This document shows, piece by piece, positions 19,247 through 25,452 of a stretch of DNA of 64,000 nt. Location of the stretch: IMG/VR virus record IMGVR_UViG_3300008107_000012. One strand, 5' to 3'. This stretch comes from a virus. The notes beneath the pieces were generated by a model, which did no database searches, was not told where the DNA came from, and saw only the letters and a program-made list of their open reading frames with translations. How positions within the stretch are numbered: the stretch's first letter is position 1; each line of letters opens with the position of its first letter. The position numbers and the translations under genes were made by a program.

Positions 19247-19376
19247 GTTAAAATCCCTGTTATGAGCAGGGTTTTTTATTATGAGATTTTGAGTGCGATT
19301 TAGAGCCGTGGGATCTGCCTCTTGAGAAAGGGGATGTGCGCTTTTCCTATACGGATGTAGAGTTCAATTAATTTTA

Positions 19377-20000
19377 ATGCAAAACTTCTTTACTGTAGCC
19401 CTGCCCCTTCTGGCATCGGTTACAACCATTTCGGCAACACTGCCATCATCTGCTAGTGCTCCAAAATATTCTATTATTAAGGAGTTTGAACCAGAGAAGA
19501 CAGCGATCCTAGAGGTTGCTCCCGAAAAGCCAAAAGAGAAAAGGCTAATTTGTAAAGGGTGTAATGAACATGAGAATGCTGCCCTGGCATATTTCCAGGA
19601 CCGTGGTATTAAAGACAGAAACGCCCTCGCTACCATCATGGGCAATATTCGTCAGGAATCAACTTTTATTCCTAACATTTGTGAAGGTGGTAGTAGGACC
19701 AGTTGGAATAACTGCGGACGCGGTTATGGACTGATCCAATGGACATCTGCCGATCGTTATTATGGATTGGGTGATTTTGCTAGGAAGTATGGTGGATCTC
19801 CATCATCACTTCATACGCAACTTCGTTATCTAACAACTGAGATCCAGTGGCGACGTATAGAAGACCGAATGAAGACTCCTGGTAAGTCTATCAATCGTTA
19901 CATGGATTATGCGTATAGTTGGATTGGTTGGGGTCATCATGGTGCTAGAACATCATATGCCCATGATTATGCTAACCGACTGATTCAGGTAGAAGTTTGA
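19377..20000 (+). CDS. Secreted cell-wall hydrolase (phage tail lysozyme-like)
   Basis: Signal-like N-terminus; IMGNIRQES and GYGLIQWT motifs. Confidence 0.8.
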   Translation: MQNFFTVALPLLASVTTISATLPSSASAPKYSIIKEFEPEKTAILEVAPEKPKEKRLICKGCNEHENAALAYFQDRGIKDRNALATIMGNIRQESTFIPNICEGGSRTSWNNCGRGYGLIQWTSADRYYGLGDFARKYGGSPSSLHTQLRYLTTEIQWRRIEDRMKTPGKSINRYMDYAYSWIGWGHHGARTSYAHDYANRLIQVEV

Positions 20001-20100
20001 TACAATAGAATACTAAATGTTAGGGGAAGTGTAAAAACTTCCCCTTTTTAATATAAAAATGATATATATAATTAATCCTAATTATTTTTTGAGGAGTATT

Positions 20101-20298
20101 ATGTCTGAAACTACACAACAAATTGCTGATGCATTTGCGACTTGGCAAACTGAAGATGCTAAGTTTGAGAAAGGAAACAGTGCTGCAGGCACCAGAGCCC
20201 GTAAAGCACTTCAAGAACTAACTAAACTTGCAAAATCACGTAGAGCAGAAATTTCGGAAGTAAAAACTTCACGGAAGGAAGCAAAAGTATCTGCTTGA
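20101..20298 (+). CDS. Histone H1-like Hc1-family protein
   Basis: KFEKGNSAAGTRARKAL motif; GAGGAG RBS. Confidence 0.75.
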   Translation: MSETTQQIADAFATWQTEDAKFEKGNSAAGTRARKALQELTKLAKSRRAEISEVKTSRKEAKVSA

Positions 20299-20335
20299 TA
20301 AAATAAATAGAGGGGAGTGTATGCTCCCCCCTTTT

Positions 20336-20629
20336 ATGTCTATCGACAATCTTCCACAAGAACCAGAAGACATAGTTAATATTGCTGCTAGAGCAGGATA
20401 TTTAAAAGTAGAAACTGATATAGGTGAAGTTAAATTAAACTCTTATAATCAGGTAGAGATACAACCAAAAGGAACTCCATTTGGAACAAAGTTAAAAGTA
20501 GAAGCAGACGGATCTATAACTCCTACTCTAACTTTTGATACGAAAAAGATGAGAGAACCTAGAAAGAATATTAATCCAGAACAAATATTAGATGATGCTC
20601 TAGAGGATTTTTTTAATGAGCAACAGTAA
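20336..20629 (+). CDS. Hypothetical protein
   Basis: ORF after TAAATA; start uncertain. Confidence 0.55.
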   Translation: MSIDNLPQEPEDIVNIAARAGYLKVETDIGEVKLNSYNQVEIQPKGTPFGTKLKVEADGSITPTLTFDTKKMREPRKNINPEQILDDALEDFFNEQQ

Positions 20630-20897
20630 GTTTAATATTTTTGAATTTAAGTTTGGTAAAGAAAAAAAATCTCTAAAGGAATGGATAAAGATAGGTGCCA
20701 TTATTCATGGATCTTTAGACTTGATTTCTTTGATTCCTGGAGTTGAGAAAAGAAAGGCTTTTAATTTAATGGATGAGATTCAATTGAGAATTGGGACTAT
20801 TGATATTATTAACGATTATATTATTCAAGATGAAGAGTTGTTAAAATATCGTATAGATAGAGTTATTGATAAGTCTCTGGAGGAATATAATGATTAA
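20616..20897 (+). CDS. Hypothetical protein
   Basis: Overlapping operon-like ORF. Confidence 0.6.
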   Translation: MSNSKFNIFEFKFGKEKKSLKEWIKIGAIIHGSLDLISLIPGVEKRKAFNLMDEIQLRIGTIDIINDYIIQDEELLKYRIDRVIDKSLEEYND

Positions 20898-21318
20898 ACT
20901 TTTCACTATCAAAGGTGGAAAAGTTAATGTACTAGGAATTACCAAAGCAATGGTAATTGCATTTATTACATCTAGTATTGTAGTTGCTATTGCAGGATAT
21001 TTTAAAATCTCTCAAGATGACCTTTGGAAATTTGTAGTTCTTATACAGCAGGAATTGGGAATTGAATTTGGAGAAGACCTGAATGAAAAATTCAGGAATG
21101 ATGAGAAGTTATTAGATTTTATCACAAAGAACAAAGTAGATCAAGCCATATATGACTATGAACGATTGACAGGAGACGATGGAACCCCTAGAATACCTTT
21201 GCCACGGTTGATAGAGAAGGCTCCAGATACTTCTAATTGTTATACTGAAGAGTGTAAGAAACTTGGAGGAGAAATGAGACTCTGTGCCCCATGGATTGAC
21301 ACCTGTAAACCAGAGTAG
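20890..21318 (+). CDS. Membrane-anchored hypothetical protein with C-terminal Cys cluster
   Basis: GGAGG RBS, TM helix, CYTEEC...CAPW..C. Confidence 0.65.
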   Translation: MIKLFTIKGGKVNVLGITKAMVIAFITSSIVVAIAGYFKISQDDLWKFVVLIQQELGIEFGEDLNEKFRNDEKLLDFITKNKVDQAIYDYERLTGDDGTPRIPLPRLIEKAPDTSNCYTEECKKLGGEMRLCAPWIDTCKPE

Positions 21319-21324
21319 TATAAT
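21296..21324 (+). promoter_or_regulatory. Consensus sigma70 promoter for tRNA-Arg/Ala
   Basis: TTGACA-N17-TATAAT. Confidence 0.85.
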
Positions 21325-21412
21325 ATTCTCACGGGTGTCGGGGGTCCAAACTCCGAGTAATTCCCAACCTTCCCATGCCTCTCAACGATGCACAAACAGG
21401 GAGGTCTCTTAT

Positions 21413-21488
21413 GGGCAAGTAGCATAATGGATAATGCAGCATCCTTCTAAGATGTCGATTGGGGGTTCGAGTCCCTCCTTGCCTGCCA
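21413..21488 (+). tRNA. tRNA-Arg(UCU)
   Basis: Cloverleaf; loop CT-TCT-AA; encoded CCA. Confidence 0.93.
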
Positions 21489-21559
21489 GGGGAATTAGTT
21501 AAACGGTATAACGGGTGCTTTGCAAGCACTTATTAGCAGTTCGATTCTGCTATTCTCCA
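21489..21559 (+). tRNA. tRNA-Ala(UGC)
   Basis: Loop TT-TGC-AA; G3:U70 and A73. Confidence 0.93.
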
Positions 21560-21560
21560 C

Positions 21561-21591
21561 TTGACTTTTTGAGAAAAAAGTCTTATAAATA
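21561..21591 (+). promoter_or_regulatory. Composite early/late promoter for the leader transcript
   Basis: TTGACT-N17-TATAAA overlapping T4 late TATAAATA; the spacer carries an inverted repeat GACTTTTT...AAAAAGTC. Confidence 0.75.
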
Positions 21592-21612
21592 AAAACACTT
21601 AGGTCGAAAACA

Positions 21613-21714
21613 ATGTCTTATCCAATGCCCACCAAACAGTTTAGTATTCTCGATTGCCGCTATTGGCATATTGAGGGTACTCCCCTGTTTGCGGATATGG
21701 AAAGACATATGTAA
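21613..21714 (+). CDS. Putative attenuator leader peptide MSYPMPTKQFSILDCRYWHIEGTPLFADMERHM
   Basis: 33 codons; AGGT upstream; codons 5-19 are 15 different amino acids; 3' third overlaps the antiterminator. Confidence 0.7.
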   Translation: MSYPMPTKQFSILDCRYWHIEGTPLFADMERHM

Positions 21715-21747
21715 GATGTAATCCATAAAAGCAAAAAGACAGGGGAG
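21680..21747 (+). promoter_or_regulatory. Antiterminator hairpin, mutually exclusive with the terminator
   Basis: CTCCCCTGT/ACAGGGGAG, TTGC/GCAA, TATGGA/TCCATA and ACAT/ATGT pairings; leader stop codon lies in the apical loop. Confidence 0.7.
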
Positions 21748-21775
21748 AGAAACCAAAAGTTTCCTCCCCTTTTTT
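21741..21775 (+). terminator. Rho-independent (attenuator) terminator
   Basis: AGGGGAG-A-GAAAC-CAAAA-GTTTC-CTCCCCT followed by TTTTT. Confidence 0.85.
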
Positions 21776-21851
21776 GTTGCCTGTGACAGTTTCCTAAGTG
21801 ACCACCAACCTCCCCCCAGAGACAAAACGGTGGTATTCTAATCAAGTGGTT

Positions 21852-21890
21852 GAGGGATCACCCCTCTTCCAGAACCTAGACAACTGAATA
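21852..21890 (+). promoter_or_regulatory. rRNA-operon-like boxB hairpin plus boxA
   Basis: GAGGG-ATCAC-CCCTC then GAACCTAGACAACTGAATA, resembling cyanobacterial rrn boxA. Confidence 0.55.
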
Positions 21891-21908
21891 TTTATCCTTA
21901 TTATGAAT

Positions 21909-21981
21909 GGGTCTGTTGCATAGTGGCTAATGCACCTGGCTTTTAACCAGTATATCGTGGGTTCGAGTCCCACCAGACCCA
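21909..21981 (+). tRNA. tRNA-Lys(UUU)
   Basis: Cloverleaf; loop CT-TTT-AA. Confidence 0.93.
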
Positions 21982-21985
21982 TCGT

Positions 21986-22076
21986 GGGAGAGTGCCTACT
22001 GTCGGCAATACGTGTAGGAGCGGTCTGTAAAACCGTCACATAGGAACCATCGGGGGTTCGATTCCCTTCTCTCCCA
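21986..22076 (+). tRNA. tRNA-Tyr(GUA) with enlarged D-loop
   Basis: Loop CT-GTA-AA; long variable region; acceptor GGGAGAG/CTCTCCC. Confidence 0.85.
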
Positions 22077-22080
22077 CCTT

Positions 22081-22153
22081 GGCCTCTTAACTCAGCGGTT
22101 AGAGTGTCTGCCTGTCTAGCAGAAAGTCAGGGGTTCAAATCCCCTAGAGGTCG
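22081..22153 (+). tRNA. tRNA-Asp(GUC)
   Basis: Loop CT-GTC-TA (U37); G73. Confidence 0.9.
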
Positions 22154-22157
22154 TCGT

Positions 22158-22229
22158 GTTCCTGTCGTCTAATGGTTAGGACGCTGCCCTTTCAAGGCGG
22201 AAACGAGGGTTCAAATCTCTTCAGGAATA
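22158..22229 (+). tRNA. tRNA-Glu(UUC)
   Basis: Loop CT-TTC-AA. Confidence 0.9.
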
Positions 22230-22233
22230 CTAT

Positions 22234-22305
22234 CTGGGAGTATGTCAGTGGTAGACAGCGCCGCCTGGAACGGTGAAGTCGTTGGTTCAAATCCAACCTC
22301 TCAGA
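22234..22305 (+). tRNA. tRNA-Pro(UGG), atypical loop (C33, A37)
   Basis: Loop CC-TGG-AA; C1:G72 and A73 proline identity elements. Confidence 0.75.
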
Positions 22306-22308
22306 CTT

Positions 22309-22382
22309 GGGAACATAGCTCCAACTGGTAGAGCACAGGATTGAAGATCTTGGTGTTGTCGGTTCAAATCCGACTGTTCCCT
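22309..22382 (+). tRNA. tRNA-Phe(GAA)
   Basis: Loop TT-GAA-GA. Confidence 0.9.
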
Positions 22383-22509
22383 CTTGACCTTTATGGTCAC
22401 GGAGATTCACTTCCTCCGTTATGAAACTTCGGTTGGTTAGTGATAGGTTTTTCAGTCCGAAAACTGAAACTGGTAGGTTGTTGATATCGACTCCTACCTT
22501 GATGGAATT

Positions 22510-22561
22510 AGAACAAGAGATTCATACCCTCTATGTCGGTAGTTCAATTCTACCCACTGCC
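22510..22561 (+). pseudogene. 3' part of a tRNA with CAU anticodon (Met), 5' half missing or displaced
   Basis: AGAG-ATTCATACC-CTCT anticodon arm, GGTAG-TTCAATT-CTACC T arm and CACTGCC; no adjacent matching 5' acceptor strand. Confidence 0.55.
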
Positions 22562-22563
22562 TT

Positions 22564-22635
22564 GTGTCGTTAGCCTAGTGGTTAAGGCAGTAGTTTGTGG
22601 AACTACCTAGATGGGTTCAATTCCCATACGACACC
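22564..22635 (+). tRNA. tRNA-His(GUG)
   Basis: Loop TT-GTG-GA; C73; no encoded G-1. Confidence 0.9.
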
Positions 22636-22637
22636 CC

Positions 22638-22709
22638 GCCCTTATAGCTCAGTGGTAGAGCAACTCACTAGTAATGAGTAGGTCGTTGGTTCAAATCCGA
22701 CTGGGGGAT
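22638..22709 (+). tRNA. tRNA-Thr(AGU)
   Basis: Loop CT-AGT-AA; weak acceptor stem (G1xA72, two G:U pairs). Confidence 0.75.
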
Positions 22710-22742
22710 CTCAACTATCTGGAATTTCCAGATAGTTCAAAT

Positions 22743-22820
22743 GTCTAGGTGGCAGAGTGGTCGAATGCGGTGGATTGCAAATCCACTATTATCGCGTGGG
22801 TTCAAATCCCACCCTAGACT
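22743..22820 (+). tRNA. tRNA-Cys(GCA)
   Basis: Loop TT-GCA-AA; U73; extended variable loop. Confidence 0.9.
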
Positions 22821-22825
22821 CCTAC

Positions 22826-22897
22826 TCCAGAATCGACTAACTGGCAGGTCAACACACTTTGACTGTGTTTGTCTAGGTTCGAATCCTAGTTCTGGAA
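22826..22897 (+). tRNA. tRNA-Gln(UUG)
   Basis: Loop CT-TTG-AC. Confidence 0.9.
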
Positions 22898-22920
22898 TTG
22901 CTTCTTTTAGAAGCATCAAT

Positions 22921-23030
22921 CTTGTCTGGACAGCGGTTCGATTCCGCTCACTTCCATTCTTGGGGGTGCCATGGTTTTCGACAGGCAGGAGGGTTCTGAG
23001 AATAAATCTCAACAACATCGTATCTTTCCG
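22921..23030 (+). ncRNA. ssrA: Two-piece (circularly permuted) tmRNA with truncated tag region
   Basis: Acceptor piece GGAC-AGCGG-TTCGATT-CCGCT-CACTTCCA precedes the coding piece GGGGGTG...TTCGAC. G3:U70 and P2 (AGGCAGG/CTTGTCT) are present, and the tag reads NNIVSF. Confidence 0.8.
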
Positions 23031-23101
23031 GGATAGTGTAATTGGTAGCACGGAAATCTCCAAAATTTCTAGTTAGGGTTCAAGTCCCTATCCCTTCGCC
23101 A
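23027..23101 (+). tRNA. tRNA-Trp(CCA), first 3 acceptor pairs mismatched
   Basis: Loop CT-CCA-AA, T arm and GCCA end; the 5' strand is fused to tmRNA tag sequence. Confidence 0.7.
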
Positions 23102-23444
23102 AATTATAATGCAATTTGAAATGACAATTAGCACATAAAATTTGACACTTATTAATTTCAGTCATTATTCTTTCTTTTGACCAACCTTGGTTTATTGTTT
23201 TAGAAATTTCTATCTCTTTTTCTTCTGGGTTTTTATGGTGAAATTGAATTGTTGCTGGGTGATTTTCTCCACACATTTCGCATTCTAATTGTTGTTTGTA
23301 ATTGCTAAACCATTCTCGTAATTCTTGTTTTCTTTTTTTTACTTTATCGCAGGATTTTGGTTTGTTATTGGCATACCATTTTCTTCTTGCTTCCCTCCTT
23401 CTTTCTTGATTGTTGGGATCTGATAACCATTCTTTTGACGGCAT
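23088..23444 (-). CDS. Free-standing HNH endonuclease
   Basis: CEMCG...FHH...CQILCANCH; TATAAATA and AGGAG upstream on the minus strand. Confidence 0.85.
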   Translation of the reverse strand: MPSKEWLSDPNNQERRREARRKWYANNKPKSCDKVKKRKQELREWFSNYKQQLECEMCGENHPATIQFHHKNPEEKEIEISKTINQGWSKERIMTEINKCQILCANCHFKLHYNLAKG

Positions 23445-23496
23445 TTTTATTATTCAAAGTCTCCTAAACTATTTATAAGTTTTGGATACTATACTT

Positions 23497-23571
23497 GCCC
23501 TGGTAACTCAGTGGAAGAGTGCTTCGCTACGAACGAAGAAGACGGGGGTTCAAATCCCTCTCAGGGTGCCA
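23497..23571 (+). tRNA. tRNA-Arg(ACG)
   Basis: Loop CT-ACG-AA; encoded CCA. Confidence 0.92.
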
Positions 23572-23608
23572 TTTCAAATCTAAATATCAACAGAGGTGTG
23601 ATAGGAAA

Positions 23609-24079
23609 ATGGAATTAGTAGAACCAAATTCAACTATACTAGTTCTGAACAGTTCTTACGAACCACTACACTTCACTAATTGGAAACGTGCAATTGTTTT
23701 GCTCTTCAAACAAAAAGCAAAACTCATCTCCAAGAGAATTATTCGTTTGGTAAATTATGTGAAAATTCCATTTTCCTATGGAAGATCCGATTACCCAACG
23801 AGAGCACTCATCTATAAACGGGATGACCACGAATGTCAATATTGTGGGTCTAAAAATGATCTTACAATTGATCACGTAGTTCCTCGTTCTAAAGGTGGAC
23901 AAGATACTTGGGAAAATCTAGTTGCTTGTTGTACTTCTTGTAATCTTAAAAAGGGGAATAGTCTTCTTAAAGAAACTAATATGGTTTTGAAGAGAACACC
24001 AGAATCTCCAATTAGCCGAATAGTTCTTGATCTTCAGAAAACAAAAGTTTCTGAATGGAAAGATTATTTGTTTCAGTAG
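23609..24079 (+). CDS. HNH endonuclease (McrA-like family)
   Basis: VLNSSYEPL; CQYCG..LTIDHVVPRSKGG..WENLVACC..CN.KK. ATG at 23609. Confidence 0.9.
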   Translation: MELVEPNSTILVLNSSYEPLHFTNWKRAIVLLFKQKAKLISKRIIRLVNYVKIPFSYGRSDYPTRALIYKRDDHECQYCGSKNDLTIDHVVPRSKGGQDTWENLVACCTSCNLKKGNSLLKETNMVLKRTPESPISRIVLDLQKTKVSEWKDYLFQ

Positions 24080-24106
24080 GACAGATTCAGAATTGGTACA
24101 TAGGGC

Positions 24107-24135
24107 TTGACGTATTACGGAAAATGCTCTAATAT
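24107..24135 (+). promoter_or_regulatory. sigma70-type promoter starting the second tRNA unit
   Basis: TTGACG-N17-TAATAT, preceded by a dyad motif at 24079-24100. Confidence 0.55.
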
Positions 24136-24199
24136 ATAAATTGTTAGAGGTTGAGTCCCTGTTACATCCTTATGAGGTGTACCACACTCAATCCATCAT

Positions 24200-24274
24200 C
24201 GTGGGGAAGTGTAGTGGTTGCACAGGAGTCTCATAAGCTCCAGGTTGGTGGTTCGATTCCACCCCCCGCCACCA
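24200..24274 (+). tRNA. tRNA-Met(CAU), initiator-like
   Basis: Loop CT-CAT-AA; C1xC72 mismatch; ACCA end; lacks the three G-C anticodon-stem pairs. Confidence 0.8.
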
Positions 24275-24347
24275 GCCCTTGTACTCCAACGGTAGAGAGG
24301 GTGGACTTAGAATCCATACAGTGTAAGTTCAAATCTTACCAGGGGCA
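24275..24347 (+). tRNA. tRNA-Leu(UAG), short variable arm
   Basis: Loop CT-TAG-AA. Confidence 0.88.
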
Positions 24348-24385
24348 CTTGACAATCAAACTTAAATAGTTCATGATTGTCTCAT

Positions 24386-24457
24386 GCGGATTTAATTCAG
24401 TGGTAGAATGGCTGCCTTCCAAGCAGTTCGTCAGGGGTTCGAATCCCCTAATCCGCT
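24386..24457 (+). tRNA. tRNA-Gly(UCC)
   Basis: Loop CT-TCC-AA; U73. Confidence 0.93.
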
Positions 24458-24477
24458 CTGAACCTTCGGGTTCTTAT

Positions 24478-24549
24478 TCCCCAATAGTTCAGTGGTAGAA
24501 CTCAAAACTGTTAATTTTGCTGTCCCTCGTTCGAATCGAGGTTGGGGAG
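24478..24549 (+). tRNA. tRNA-Asn(GUU)
   Basis: Loop CT-GTT-AA; G73. Confidence 0.92.
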
Positions 24550-24770
24550 TTGAAAGGATTGGAAATGTCCGATTCTTTCAAATTGGTTCTGGGTGGAATT
24601 CCCAGCAGTTCCGTTAGGGACTGTCCTTTGTAGGTTCGATACCTACATCTTCCTTATGGGAGATAAGAACGGCTACTGGAAACCTTCGTAGGTGCCAAAT
24701 ACCCCTTCTGGTTAAGGCTGGAAGAAGTAAAGAGTGGGAACATAGGTAAAGTTCTCAACACCTACCTCAT

Positions 24771-24842
24771 CTATCGGTAGTCTAGTGGTCAGGACAGGCA
24801 GACAATGCACTTGGAGTTCGGGTTCGATTCCCGACCGGTAGA
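24771..24842 (+). ncRNA. tRNA-like RNA without a canonical anticodon arm
   Basis: Intact acceptor CTATCGG/CCGGTAG, D arm and T arm; the middle is GCA-GACAA-TGC. Confidence 0.65.
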
Positions 24843-24846
24843 CCTA

Positions 24847-24918
24847 GGGCGATTAACTCAGCGGTAGAGTGCCTCCTTTACACGGAGATGGTCACTGGTT
24901 CGAACCCAGTATCGCCCA
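24847..24918 (+). tRNA. tRNA-Val(UAC)
   Basis: Loop TT-TAC-AC. Confidence 0.93.
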
Positions 24919-24946
24919 CTTGATAAATACTTAGAAAAAGAGTATA

Positions 24947-25444
24947 ATGGAAAAACTGTTTAAACTCTTAAGTGATGCTCAGGCATCACTTTTTGTTCTA
25001 TTTCATAAAACTTGGGTCTATCACTGGAATGTTGTTGGAAAAGATTTTCAACAACTTCATACTCTTTTTGGTGGTCAGTATGAGACTATCTTTGAAGAGA
25101 TTGATAGACTCTCAGAACATATGAGATACTTGAATGTAAAACCTTTGAGTAGTTTAAATCGTGTTCTTGAGGTTTCTAAAATCAAAGAAGCATCAAGTTC
25201 TGCGAATGCCGAAGCAATGATTTCCGATCTTCTTCAATCAAATATTGATTTCTGCGATATGATGAGTAAAATATCTGAAGAAGCAGAGGAACAAAAGTCA
25301 TATGCCACGGCAAATCTTGTTCAAGATTTAATGGAGTCTCATGGCAAGTTTGTTTGGATGCTCCGTTCATTTTCAGATACTGCATCAAAGAAAGTTCAAG
25401 AAGAAGTAGAACAAGAAATCGTTGAAGAAACAATTGAAGAATAA
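24947..25444 (+). CDS. dps: Dps-family ferritin-like protein
   Basis: HWNVVGKDFQQLHTLF, DRLSE and KFVWML motifs. Confidence 0.92.
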   Translation: MEKLFKLLSDAQASLFVLFHKTWVYHWNVVGKDFQQLHTLFGGQYETIFEEIDRLSEHMRYLNVKPLSSLNRVLEVSKIKEASSSANAEAMISDLLQSNIDFCDMMSKISEEAEEQKSYATANLVQDLMESHGKFVWMLRSFSDTASKKVQEEVEQEIVEETIEE

Positions 25445-25452
25445 TTGAAATT

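Noticed and set aside
22713-22737. Near-perfect palindrome AACTATCTGGAA-T-TTCCAGATAGTT between tRNAs
   Set aside because: No U tract or other context; probably a spacer or processing hairpin, and no function can be supported.
21240-23076. ORF-track ORFs over the tRNA region (e.g. 21329-21529, 21583-21825, 22192-22410, 22737-23063, 22741-23076)
   Set aside because: They overlap tRNA/tmRNA genes or the leader and look like chance ORFs in GC-richer RNA genes.
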